DNA of 64,000 nucleotides, from contig NC_087437.1 of NCBI RefSeq assembly GCF_036321535.1, forward strand, positions 102,674,001 to 102,738,000. Reading direction: 5' to 3'. Under the pieces are notes generated by a model. That model saw only the letters and a program-made list of their open reading frames with translations. It searched no databases and was not told the DNA's origin. This stretch comes from Camelus dromedarius (Eukaryota). Position 1 is the stretch's first letter, and each line of letters opens with the position of its first letter. This document shows positions 37,071 to 50,140 of the stretch, in pieces. The translations under genes were made by a program, and so were the position numbers.

Positions 37071-39707
37071 GAGATAATAAAACACACAAGGCTTTCAAAA
37101 TTCTCATGATATCCCTTTTCAGTGGTTCTATGCATCAGTGAATTATTCCACTTTGCATATATTGGAACAAGCTGGACATCACTGAACAAAGTGTTATGCA
37201 CTTTTCTCTGGGACATGAAGAGTTGATATTCTATACTTAAGTATGAATGCTCTTTTCTGCATCATTCTATGAGCAGTCTTGAGAGTGAGAGTTGGAAATG
37301 GATAGGAAAGAAAAACGAATTGTTTCCCTTACTGGCCAAGAATACATGCCACACCTCCTAATCCAGTTATGCCTTCCCACCCATCTGCCACACTCTACTT
37401 CAGAAGTTTAGTTTCAGAGGCAAAGGTAAAATAAGAGAAAATTGTGGAAGTGGTGATAGTATCATGAAGTCATCAAAGGAATAAAAGCCACAAAGTAACA
37501 TAACAGAACTGCTATTTTCACATCCAAAAATATACATAATAATCTAGTTTTCATTTTTCATGTCTCATTTTGGATGGGGAAAAACAAACCCTTCAGTTTT
37601 GGTGGAATATATTAGTGACATGTGCTCAATACTTTCTAGTTATAACTTTATTTCATTCTAATGCCTTAGAAGGACTCCTGGGCTCTTGTCTCTGCTCTAT
37701 CTCCCTTCAATTGTCCCCAACACTTACTACTGATGCCGAATGAAACAGGAAGAGGTGATGACATTGTGATAGCACCGTATTTTCAGTTCTCATGTCTGCT
37801 GTACACTTTACTCTCTAATTTTTCTACACTTGGGTTCTGAGTGATCCAATCCAAACCATAATTTTTATTCTTACTTATAGTATCTGTTATGAATATTTAA
37901 TTTCCATCCTACTAAGGTGAATAGGACAGGTCAACAGAGGGTAGAAAATCAGGATAGTGCATTCATGTTACTTCCTTAAACCTACAAAATTAAAATGATC
38001 TTTCTCCTCCTTGGGAGCTAATGAAATCACTTACCACTAAAGTACTCACTAAGCAGGTCTTTTCAAGATAAAAATATTCTCCCAAATCCATAGAACTGAC
38101 TTTCGTTAGGAAAAATGAAAGTTTTTTCTCTCTCTCAAAGTCCACAATCTACAGTTGTGTGACATCTACACCAAACACAGGACAAACATCTTGCAAAAGG
38201 AAGTCTGTTTTTCTTTCTAACCCACAATAAAGTGTTCTGGTTCCCAATAGTAAATGCCTATTTCTAAGATATGTATCTATTATGTCATAGTTAAGGCTTT
38301 TTTTTGACTATTCTAATGAAGTTTCCTATGCTTCTCCATATTGTTCTCCTTCATAGGATGTTTTTGCCTTTATGACCCCCCACTTGACAGGACTGCAGTA
38401 AAGGAGAAACATGGAACCGCTGAAATCTCCTATAATCAGAAAAGATAGTAACTTCCTTTCAAGAGGCACCATATCATACGATATTCTCATTGTCTGTGTG
38501 TCCAATTACAAATGCATCTTTAGGATGTAAAGAATGCCTGTGTGTGTGGTGTTGTAAAATTATTTTTCCACTTCATATTGTGTATCAAATTTTAACGGAA
38601 ATGAATTTTAATTTAATGGTGGGTATGTTGAGATATTGTTCACCCATTCATTTTGATTCAGCGGTTTCTTCTGAAAATGTTTCCTATTGTGAGATTATCA
38701 ATAAGAGCAGATCTGTCATGGAGCATAATATCCTATGGTATCATAATGGGATAAAAATGAAGGAAAGACAAAATATCTTATAATTTGGACCAAATACTTC
38801 ATGTGTTTATTACTTTTGAGAACAGACATCAGAGGGCTTCAATTTCAGAGAAGTTCCACTAACATCATCTTGAAAGTATAACCAGGGTCACAACCATTTA
38901 GTCTTAAAATTCTTCTGCACTGCTCTGTGTATTATACTCATGCAATGGGACTCCAAATGGGGTATAAAAGATCAGAAACTCAAAATAATTGCTTGGCAAA
39001 TAAAAAAAATTCTCCTTAAGAGCTTTAGAAATATTTGAAAAAGGAAGAAACATCCAATATCCCATAGTGGTAATAAAACCATCAGGTTACAAATTTATTG
39101 AAGAACTAGTACGTTTTTAATCCCTTCCAACATTTCTGTTTTATCATGACTAGTATATGCCATTCTCTCATTACGTATAAACATTGGTCTCATCTTGAAT
39201 TTTAGTCTCTTGTAAGACGTTAATGCAATAATAAAAACTTATTTTCAGTTAAGGAGACAGAAGACTGACTTTTCAAAAACATAAATATGAATCAATTTTA
39301 CGAAAGTAGTTTTAAATCTTCAAATTAATGTTAGTGTAGGATATGGGTTGTATGGAATTTAAGAGTCAATTGTGCTGGAATTGTTGTATAATATTATATG
39401 CAAACATAGCTCTAAGGAAAACATAAACTTAATACTTGACTCTTCGTGATTAAATCTTATTTATCTCTTTGGTCTTATTTCTGGTAATTACGTTCTTGAA
39501 ATCAAAGTTCCATTTAAATTGAACTCCCTTCTGTTTTTGGAAAAACTCTATACCTACCCCATTCTTTTTTAATGCTATGGTTTCTACCTCCCCCCCCCAA
39601 AACGTTCTTTTACTCCCATCGACTATTTAATTCCTACTTAACCAACCAGCCTGGTATGTGCGGACCAGTTTCTATATTCTCCAAATCCTGGTCAGTTGCC
39701 ATTCCTG

Positions 39708-39726
39708 CTGCACCCTCTGGTGGTCG
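39708..39726 (-). promoter_or_regulatory. Candidate CTCF site
   Basis: Minus strand CGACCACCAGAGGGTGCAG versus the CTCF consensus TGGCCACCAGGGGGCGCTA. Confidence 0.5.
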
Positions 39727-39799
39727 TTTCCATATCCACCTGTTGATTAAGCCATTTCACTCATCCCATACTCTTTACACAGTGGCAGTTTTAGAAAAA

Positions 39800-40110
39800 A
39801 AGCATGTGATGCAATTCTAGAAGCAAATTCGTATGGAAGGCTTCTCAGACAGGTTTCCTCGTTTCCTCATTGACAGAATAGAGACACAGGAAAATCTAGT
39901 GTCTCTTCTGTTTTAAAAAGCATTTTTATTATTGTTTTTGCTACTGTGGTCTTGTGGTTGACATTATTTTTTAACATGATTCCTGGGACTACTGCTACTA
40001 TATTTTTAACAGATTGAAGTTGGAATTAACCAAAGATGGGAGAATAAAGCCATGAGAAGAAATTAAGTTTCTGTCTAAACTGTGGAGCCAATGAACCGGC
40101 CACATTTGAG
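39800..40110 (+). mobile_element. Old ERVL/MaLR LTR remnant (LTR33/MLT1J-like)
   Basis: ggcttctcagacaggtttcc...catgattcctgggactactgct...aagatgggaga...gtggagccaatgaacc. Confidence 0.4.
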
Positions 40111-40261
40111 GTTGATTTTAGCAGCCATTTAGCATTTTTCTTGTCATTTCAGCTACTCACTTGCCTTACATGCTTGCAGAATCTTCTGCCTTTTGAAGAA
40201 GAGACTGAAACTCACTACCAAATCTGAAAGAGACTTCTGTTCTCTTTTCTAACCTTCCTTG

Positions 40262-40860
40262 TGTCGGGAGAGATTTTCCTATGGATTTCTTATATTCCTG
40301 ATCAGCTGGAGTCCCTTGAACAAAAGCATTTATAGTCAACTATTGTGTATAGAGAATTTCAGGATATTTAAGTACTTTCCCCCTTTTTGGAGGCAATTTA
40401 TTTCTATCCCAGAGTAATAAACAAAGAGATGGCTTCCTCTTCACCCCCAGAGATACTTGCTTGCATTCCAGAATAAAAATAATATTCTTGCTGCCCTTTC
40501 TATCTATGTAAGAGAAGATAGACAGATCATAAGCAGCCCTACAGTAAGGTCAGAATTTCCTAATTTTGAGCTTTGTCTCTTGTTATGTACCCCACTGCAT
40601 GTACAGATAACTTCTAGGTCTTGTGTTGCCTTGTTGGGATTGATGCATAGGGAACCAATATAAGAGCAATAAATGGTCTTTGTCTCTGAGCAAGCAGGCA
40701 TATGCATTTTATTAGCCTTGGAAGTTAGGCAGTCTACGTAGCAGCTACTGTCTCAACAGAATGGACTTGTCATGGCAGCTTCGTCTTGACTTTCTCTGGC
40801 AGACTATCTTGCAAGTTCGCTGATAGGGTAAAAATCACAGACGTGTCACCATTTTAGACT
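40262..40860 (+). mobile_element. MER76-like ERVL solo LTR
   Basis: Starts tgtcgggagag; gcaataaatggtctttgtctctgag (AATAAA 40668-40673); ends ttgcaag...tagggtaaaaatcacagac. Confidence 0.65.
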
Positions 40861-41099
40861 TGTCATGAAGACTTATGGCCAGAAGATAGCCACATGACTG
40901 AATCCAACACTAGGTTACACTTGCCCTGTATTTTCAACTGGGAATACTGATCTGAAAAACCAGGTACCATGCTGAATTTCTAGACACAGTGGTTGCATCT
41001 TCCAGCATCCACTGTAGTGGTGTGAGCAGTGCAAGCTGTCTGGACTGTGCCCACTGCCATTGTCAGCCTTGGGATTCTACTAAAACAAATCAGGCCTGT

Positions 41100-41292
41100 G
41101 ACCCCCAAGCTTTCTCCTCCTGCCAAGGGATTTATTATTCTCCACGCCACTCACCACAGTCTGACTTACTTCATTGTTAGATTCTATTTCCACACTCTGG
41201 AATATAATCTGCATGAGGGCAGGGATTGTATACGTTATTTCCTCTGTCTGCACGTGATAGACTCTGAAAAATATTTCTTAGGGAATGAATAT
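41100..41292 (+). mobile_element. L2 3' end
   Basis: ctggaatataatctgcatgagggcagggattgt...aaatatttcttagggaatgaat. Confidence 0.75.
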
Positions 41293-41522
41293 CAGAGATT
41301 TGGAAAAAAACATAATTGATTTTCACTATTTTTTTCTCTTGAGGAAATTATCCTTCGGGTGGAGTGAGCAGTTGTTTTTTTTTAAAAAAAAATTTATGAA
41401 TTAAACATTTTTCTTAAATATTTGGAGAACAGTGGGAATGTGATCAGGCAGCATACAATATACAAATATATACAGTTTGGAAAAAAACATTTTAGTGCTC
41501 AGTTGCCAATATGCTTAGCAAT

Positions 41523-42044
41523 TGTATTAGTTATCTAGCCTCACAATAAATTATCTAAAAACGTAATGGCTTAAAATCATAAACATTATCTCACACAGTT
41601 TCTGTGGCCGGGGAGTCATGGAGTGGCTTAGCTGAGTTGTGCTCTACTTGAACCTCTCTCTGCAGTTGCTGTTAAGAGTACACCTGTGACCGCCATCCTC
41701 TGAAGGCTCGGCTACGGCTGGAGGATCTGTTTTCACAATGAGCTTATTCCCAGAACTGGCAAATTGATCTGGCTGCCAGCAGGAATCCTCAGCTTTTCCC
41801 CACATGGGCCTATCCTTAGGGGTGCTGGAGATGATAGAGCATAGCAGCTGGATTCTCCCAAAGAAAGTGATCCAATAGCCGTCAACATGTCTTTTATGAT
41901 ATAGCCTGGAAGCCACACTGTAGTTTCAGAGTATCCTATTGGTTACACCAGTCAGCTTGATGCCATTTTGGAAAGGAGCTTATGAGGGCCTGAGCACCCT
42001 GAAGTGAGCATCACTGGGGGCATGAATGAAGGCAGGCTACCATG
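41523..42044 (-). mobile_element. MLT1F-type MaLR solo LTR
   Basis: ttatctcacacagtttctgtgg...gtggcttagctg...ggctggaggatctg...atcactgggggc...ggctacca; 5-bp TSD GCAAT at 41518-41522 and 42045-42049. Confidence 0.9.
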
Positions 42045-42129
42045 GCAATAATAAAGCCTTACAAGCCTTATCTTCCTGCAAGCAAAGTGTAGATCTTTAA
42101 GGCATTTTAAATATCCATAAAGTATTTTT

Positions 42130-42827
42130 TTAATTGAAGTACAGTCAATTACAATGTGTCAATTTCTGATGTACATCACAGTGTCCCAGTCATGCATATA
42201 TATACATGTATTCTTTTTCATATTTTTTCATTAAAGGTTATTACAAGATACTGAACATAGTTCCCTGTGCTATACAGAAGAAACTTTTCTAAAATCTATT
42301 TTTATATATAGTGGCTAACATTTGCAAATCTCAAACTCCCAAATTTATCCCTTCCCACTCCCTTTCCCTGATAACTATAAGATCATTTACTATATCTGTG
42401 AGTCTGTTTGTTTTGTAGTTTTGTAGATGAGTTCATAGTGTACTTTTTTTTTCTTTTTAGATTCCACATATAAGTGATATCATATGGTATTTTTCTTTCT
42501 CTTTCTGGCTTACTTCACCTAGAATAACGATCTCCATCCATATTGCTGCAAATGACATTATTTTATTCTTTTTTATAGCTGAGTAGTTTTCCATTGTATA
42601 AATATACCACAACATCTTTATCTAGTCATCCATTGATGGACATCTACATTGCTTCCATGTCTTGGCTCTTGTAACTAGTGCTGCTATAACATTGTGGTGC
42701 ATGTATCTTTTCACATTAGAGTTCCCTCTGGATATATACCCAGAATTGGGATTGCTGAATCATATGGTAAGCCTATTTTTAGTTTTTTGAGAAATCTCCA
42801 TACTGTTTTCCATAATGGCTGCACCAA
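42130..42827 (-). mobile_element. Young 5'-truncated L1 (about 700 bp)
   Basis: ORF2 C-terminus LVQPLWKTVWRFLKKLKIGLPYDSAIPILGIYPE; 14-bp TSD CATAAAG(T/C)ATTTTT at 42116-42129 and 42828-42841, ending at a TTTT/A endonuclease site. Confidence 0.96.
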
Positions 42828-45029
42828 CATAAAGCATTTTTATTAATTGGCAAAAGAAATGGCTGCACAGGCCAAATAAAAGAGAGCATATATTTTTGTG
42901 ATATTATGTGATGTTTTTAATTTCTCTAGGCATCATTTTTCTTCCATACTTACTCAAATGGGCATCTTGTGGTAGTCAAATTAGACATAGTTGGAAAGAT
43001 TTGACCATTCTGGTATAGTAGTTGTATGTATTAATCATAACATTAATTATTTTCATCATCAAGAACATCTCTTCTCATCCAATGAATGTGCCACAGAGTT
43101 AATGTAACCAATCTAGAAAATGAATTGGTGATATATTCCTGCTGCGCTTGATGGCTGCTGGCAGGTTATATAGCAAACTGACAGAAATCCGAGACTTCCT
43201 CACACACAATGGTGTTCGTGTTGTTATTTACTAATATTAACCCCAAGCAGATGTTCTCATTAAAGGAACTGCAAGTTCTAGTGGGGACTAAACATATGCC
43301 CATTTATTAGATAGCATCCATCTTGCATTTATACTTTGATCAATGTCCAAAGAATTACATAGACTCATAAAATGTGCTGAAGAGAGAGACCTTAAAGTGT
43401 AACGTATGGTATATTATACAAGTATTTTTCTTCTTAGCATACGGAAGGATTTTTTCTGAAGAAAGAGTATATTGGATAGAGAAACATTTCTTTCGGCCAA
43501 CCTTCTGTCTTACCAACATTATCCACCATTTTATCTCTTTTACATACTGTTTTACTCAGGCTTAACTTTCCCAACTCTACCCAGTACCAACTGATTGGAC
43601 TACAGAAAACCTCGTGCATTTCCTTTTGATTCTCAATTGTCAAACTTCTTAAAATTTTGGTTTGCCTCTGTCATTCTGAAATATTAGTGAGACTATTGCT
43701 CTACATATGTAATCAAAATTTAAATGTGTACCCAAATGTGTGTCGAATATGATACGTATTATTCACAAAGCCATTCTCACTTATGTCTTACTTTTGTAAA
43801 TATTTTTGAAGCTAACTGAACATTTTAAATTTTACTACTGCTAAAAATGCAGTTCTGTATTTCAGATAATTTAAAAAGATAAAAAATATTTTAAGATAAT
43901 TTGAACTTTGTGTGTCATCTTTTTTCTCAATTCAAATGGGGACCTTCATTTGGGTCAAAGGTCCATGTGAATTAGCAGTTATTTTTAATAAGATATTTTA
44001 ATAAGATCTCTAAACAAATTCATGTAGTTGAACTTAAAATTTTACACGCTTCAAAATAAATGTGAATAGAAAACAAAACATGAATACTTAAAGCTTTTTT
44101 TTTTTTTTTTAATGTTCACATTATGTCTAATGTCTAAGTCACTGTCTATGACTATTAGGTATCTTCTGGCACTATAATATTCCAGGTTGCTCCCTCCCAC
44201 TGAAAATCTGTTCTCATATTATTTTCCTAAGATAGCGACTCTATTGCATTTTTCAAAGTTTAATCTTGTTGGATCTTTTTCTCACAAATATTTTTTTTAA
44301 TAAAATTCACTCATGATATAAAACCACTTAACATTTTACCTCTAGTCTCATAGTTAACATTTTATAATGTTAATCATATATACCTGTAAGATTAAGATGT
44401 GATACGAACAACCCTGAAATAAACTATTGGAATTTATGTGAATGGAAGCAATAAGAAAGATTCAAATAGTTCTATTTTCTCAGAAGTAAATGCAAGATAT
44501 GGAGTTTTTATTATTCCCTAGGGACTAATGAAACACTGCCCTGTACAACTAATTAGACATTTCACACCATGCCCTTCCCTTGTGGGTTGAACCCATGTAC
44601 TTGAATTGTTCAAGCATTCAAAGATGCTAGGAACATGTTATTAAGCCACAATTGCCCACACAAACAAAGCAATTCATGAAACCAAACAAAGAAACAAATC
44701 TATTTTATAAAACTTGTTGCTGAAAAAGGACCTTCTTAATTTTAAATAAACTAAGGTATTTATTTGTTTTTAAATTTGGGCTCACTTTGAAGGTTTTGAT
44801 ATCCTGAGTATAATTCTGGTTTTAAGGTTAGGCATACTGAGAGCCAACATCTATTTTTTAAAGGGGCTAAATACATCTCAAACGATATCTTCAGATTCCA
44901 TGCTCTATCATGACATTTATAAAGTATATTACAATTATCTATTTTTTGTCTCTTCAGCTAAATGTTCAGCTCTGTGATTGTCAGTTATATATCTATTCTT
45001 TTGATATCTCTATATTAAAAATGCAAAAT

Positions 45030-45550
45030 AGTTACTGGACCAGCAAAGAGGTTGGTGGAGGTTTGTCTGGGTAAGTGACTATTTAGTTGAGATCTGAAAG
45101 TTGATTATAAATGAACTTATGATAGAAGAGTGGAGTTTACGGAGTGTTGGAAGAAAAATTATCTTGGGCAGAGAGAACTTCTTATACAACAGCTTAGTGA
45201 TGTAACAAAACAGGACAACACAACTGATTTTTTAGAGAACAAGGGGTTCCTGGGAGCAAAACATGAGGCTACAGATTCTTAAAGGAAACAGAATATGCAG
45301 AGCCTGATTGGCCATGTTTATGATTTCATTTTTAATCTTAAATGCACTGCTAATTCATTAAAGGGCTCTAAACTGAGGGCGGAACTAGAGGATAAAACTA
45401 ATCTTTTCAAAAGAGTATTTTGACCACAGTTTGGAAAAAAAAAATCTTCAGGGGAGACGTGTACACAGTAGATGACAGATTAAGGAGGCAATTGCAATAG
45501 TCTGTGTGAGATTTGTTTCAACTGGAGGGAGTTAGAAAGATATTTCTGCT
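45030..45550 (-). mobile_element. L2 remnant
   Basis: gtgactatttagttgagatctgaaag...gggcagagagaac...gccatgtttatgattt...ttaaggaggcaattgcaatagtc. Confidence 0.7.
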
Positions 45551-46139
45551 TTACCATATCACTTGTAACTTTAATTTTCTAGCTGTGGTTTTCACACTAC
45601 CTGATAGCCTGGATGCTAGACTGCTACAACTTTGACCAGGTTCAGAAGGACACATTTTATAAAATAATAGAATGTAAATGCAGCCTGCTAGTGAAAGCCT
45701 GCCAAATGATGGATGCAGGAAATCCCACTGATTCTATGCTCTTCGGGTTTAAGTACTGTCTACCATACTTTACTAGATTCAATATTATTTCAATATTGAA
45801 CTGAGTTCACATGAGATAACTAATTACAATCGAATGAAGTGGGTTCTAACTGTACCCTTCTGTCTTTATTGCTAAATGCTTCCATGACTTATAATAAGGC
45901 AATAACATGCATAGAACATCTCCTTTCTACAAAACACTGTATCTGTAGTGATATTTTGGTCAGTTTCCACCAAATACTCTTAATCCTTGCAAACAAGGGC
46001 TTCCATGACATGGATGCTTTCTGTCATTAAAAAAGGATGTAATCTTCCACTAGTCCCTATATCACAGTTTACTCCTTAACTCTGATGATCTACTTTTGGT
46101 GGTAGTTTCAACTTCTCTGCAACTTCGCAAGTCCCTTGG

Positions 46140-46455
46140 TCTGAAAAAAGACTTCCCCCTTCCCATTCTCTTGGATTCAATCTTTAGCATTTAGCTCAGG
46201 TATTACCATAACCACTGTCACTAGCCCAAAGCCAGTCCTCAAGGCAAGGTTAAATATCCATCTCTTTCCTTCCCTAACGCTTCTGATACTTTTCTCATTG
46301 CACTTGTCGCATGTAATTAGAATTTTCCTTTTGAATATCTAATTTTCCTACCGTAAACTTTTGGATGAGCTTGCTTTTAATTCACTTGCACTTGACTAGA
46401 ATTTAGTATATTGGGCCCACGATAAATTCTCAGGAAACATTTGTTGGATTAAATT
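46140..46455 (+). mobile_element. L2 3' end
   Basis: ttagctcaggtattacc...cattgcacttgtcgca...ctcaggaaacatttgttggattaaatt. Confidence 0.65.
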
Positions 46456-48009
46456 AAGCCGGAGTCCCATAAAATCTTCGCAGAAGTTCTCACAATGAAA
46501 ACATTTCTTTGAAAAATGTGTCTCATTACGTATATCTTGGCCCTAATAGTTACTGTTGAATGGAGTCTTTCATTCAGAACATGCACCTTGCCTTTGACGC
46601 TAATTAGATTGTATCAGTTAATAAGATTGCCATGGCATATTTATGATACAATAGTGGAAATAAGTTATTACCTCAGTAGAGATATTTCAAATCAGTCTTA
46701 CATTTTCTTTAGTTTGTTCATCCTTGGATATGCCAAATAAGGCAACTGAGTATTCACGTTTTTCAGAATGCATTTTAGGAGCGATTTTGAAGCGTGAAGT
46801 GCTGAAACAATATGCATTTATCTTTTTCCTTTTATCTCAGTGCTCAAAATGATAATTTCCCATATTGAGTTTCTGGGAGCTAGCACTATGGAAATGCATA
46901 AAAAATAAAGAACATAAAACTTTTGCCTTTGCTAATAATCTTCTCTTTGGCAAACGAAGTTTAACTTATCTTTAAATTCGAAAAGTCTATTTTGAACAAC
47001 AAATGTCATAATATTAATATCTTAAGTCAGTATGCATTTTGAAATGGACAAATTCCCTTTAAATATATTATCATTTCATTCAGAACAGTATGTTGGGTAT
47101 TTTTCAATTTTGCCCAGGGCTACGCTACGGAACTGAGGCTACGAAGATGAATGTGGCACAGTCTCGACTCCCCTGGGGCTTTCCCTCTAATTGGAAAAAC
47201 CTGTAAGGGATGATAAGCATTGAAGGCAGTACAGACCTTGTACTGGGATAAGAGAAGGGGCCACCGAGGTTTCCCTAAGAAATTTAAGGGAAGGCAAACA
47301 ACATTACCTTTTGAGTGATAAACAAATTTACAAACAAACAATGGTCCCAAAGCCTGAAGACATAAGCAATAATTTACTGAATTTTAGTATCAGACCTAGG
47401 GAAGAAAGGGGCGACTCAGAAGAGAGGTCGGCCAATGGAAAAGATTAAGACACAAGATTAAGACACAGAACATCAAATGTATACAGTTTTAATCAAAGAG
47501 CAGCCCATGGGAGGGGGGCTCTTAGCCAAATTGCTTTTGATTATTCCAGTTCTGCTGCTAAGTTTAATTATATCATTAAGAGTTATGCAAGGAATTAAAA
47601 GCAAATGACTTCCAAGAATCTACTCCCATATTCAAGACCACACCCTTTATAGATATGGAAGCCATTAAATTTTTTATTCCTTTAATTTTTGCTTATTATT
47701 TCATGCTGACCAAACACATTTTAATTTTGATGTGGCTTCCCTTATAGGTCTCCTACAGGATGAAAAAGTCGTGCTAGTTAGGCCTAGATAAGCATTTCCG
47801 TATCTGTGGGAATTCCACTTCTTTTTTGTTAAGAAGTGGCCTTCTGCTGTGAGCTGATTTAATACAAATTTACAACTAGGATTGGATGGGTCCAACATGT
47901 TCTTAAGAAATCAAATCCCAGTGTTTGCCAGACTGAAGACTACAGCAAATTTGACAATACAGAAGAGATTCTTGATGGTAGAGATTTAGGCAGAATTTGG
48001 GAGAGAATG

Positions 48010-48210
48010 CCTGAGTTCATCTGTTGGATTAACTGCTGACTCTCCGTGAAACTTTAGAAGATTTACTTTCTCTGCCTCAGGTTCTTCATCTATATAATGG
48101 AAACAATTATGTTATTTACCTGATAGAATTTCTGTGAAGGTGTTCTGCTATTTTAAATAGGATGGCGTTCACAACACAGAGTGGTGCTTACACAATCACT
48201 GGTAAACCCA
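48010..48210 (+). mobile_element. MIR
   Basis: ttactttctctgcctcaggttcttcatctatataatggaaacaat...acctgatagaatttctgtgaagg. Confidence 0.8.
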
Positions 48211-48659
48211 GAGTAGCACATTCTAAGATCTAGTTGAGGCCTCCAGAAAAGTTGTTTCTCTGTAACACAATCAAGAATTTGGGGAATCAGTAAGCCATTG
48301 CTACAGCTGTTGTCTCCAGAAATACACCATTACCGCTTCTGCCCATGGATCCGAGACCCACTGCTTCCATATTTCACTCTAGACCACACTTTCTCTGCTT
48401 GATCACCGATTGCAAATGGATGGCTCATGTACAAAAACGTGGTAGCATTCTGTCTTTTCATAAATGGGCTTCAACTTCAGGTTTTTAAGATTGCATATGA
48501 TTGATAGAATCTCAAAATAACCATAGTTCCAGTCACAAGGGAGACTGGGGAAGGAAATTTAGCTTCCCAGATTCTGTAATACAGGCGGCAGGACACAGCG
48601 TGCTCTGAGGAGTGAATACAGCAGGAGCTGATTCCTTTCTAGCTTCTTGTCATCTTTAA

Positions 48660-50140
48660 AATTTACACTGATTGAGTAATCAAAAAAGGCCTCCTAACAG
48701 TGGATGCATATACACTGAATTTTCAAAAACACATGAACAAACATACCCTGACTAGAGTTAGCAGGGCAAAGAAAAAGTGTTTGAGGACACCAGATGGAGA
48801 GATAAGCTGGAGTTACGTTGTTGAATGAAGATCCTATGGTTAGACCCATTGATTTCCAAGCTGTTCGTATGGTTAGAGAGCAGAACATGAAACATGAAAT
48901 GATGAACTAAGCCTGGGACTGTGAGAAGAAACCAAGTCATAACCACCCTTACAGCCATAGTCAGGATGTGCATTGCACCCTGTAGTTAACAGGGTGCTAC
49001 AGGAACTATTTCAAGTAGAGAACAACTAATTACATTTGTGTTTGTGGAAGAATATGCCAGAGCTGCAGGAAATGTGGTTTGAGGTGGGAGTAGGTGTTCC
49101 AGGCAGAAGGTGTGCAACACAAAGAGAATGGAGATGGGGGGAAATTTGCTGATCACTAAATAGAAACCCCTGAGAATAGGAGGAAAGTTTGTAACAGTGT
49201 TAATGGGGCAAGGAGAGTTTATCTATTCAGGGGCTATAATTATGTGTCTATACTTAGATGGAGAGAGTATTGGAAGTAGATGATTTTAGGAGTAGGAAAA
49301 ATTTTCGATTGTGGAACTATTCATGGCTATGGGGACAAGTCTGGGAAGAACGTGGTGAGTTCAACTCCACATCTTTAAATATATGACCTGCCTGAAGATC
49401 TTCCACTGGGAAATATTTCATATAGAGTTAATTAGATGATCACCCAGGGGTGTCTGAAACAAAGATCAACTTCAAACATCAGTGTTTGTGAGTTTCTGTG
49501 TCTAGGAAGTCAATAATGCCACAGTTGTAGGTAAGGTCTTACACATCAAGCTATAAGGAGCAAACCAGTGGATACAATTTTCCAGAAAACCAGCTTTTCA
49601 GTCCAATAAAAAAGGAAGCCTCTGAAAAAAAGTGACAATGAATATATATATGTTCATGTATAACTGAAAAATTGTGCCCTACACTGGAATTTGACACAAC
49701 ATTGTAAAATGATTATAAATCAATAAAAAAGTTAAAAAAAACCCCAAAACATTATGCTGTACACCAGAAATTGACACAACATTGTAAACTGACTATACTT
49801 TAATAATAAAGTAAAATAAAAACAAGGCAAATTTAAGAAAAAAAAAGAAGCCTCTGAAAAGACTGAGCAGATAAGACCAAATCTGTTGGAGAAAATATAA
49901 GAAAAAGCACGAGTTCAATGGCCAGGAACCCTAAAGGTTACGGAGAGGTCGAAGCAGACAACACTGACAAAATATCCTTAGAGATAATCTCTAAGTCATT
50001 GGGAACATTGGCAAGAATATTTAGAATACAATGACAAGGAAAGAAACCTGAATTCATGGAGTTGAGGTCAGAATAATTGATAAGAGAAAAGGAACAGTGT
50101 AAATAGACCACTTCCTCAAGAAGTTTGGCAATAAAGCAAA
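48660..50140 (-). mobile_element. Long degraded L2, interrupted by the L1 insertion at 49629-49846
   Basis: ggtgagttcaactccacatctt...gacaaggaaagaaacctgaattcatggagttgagg...tagaccacttcctcaagaagtttggc. Confidence 0.6.
49629..49846 (+). mobile_element. Two tandem L1 3' tails within one TSD pair
   Basis: TSD GAAGCCTCTGAAAA at 49615-49628 and 49847-49860; shared core ttgacacaacattgtaaa at 49691-49708 and 49771-49788. Confidence 0.92.
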
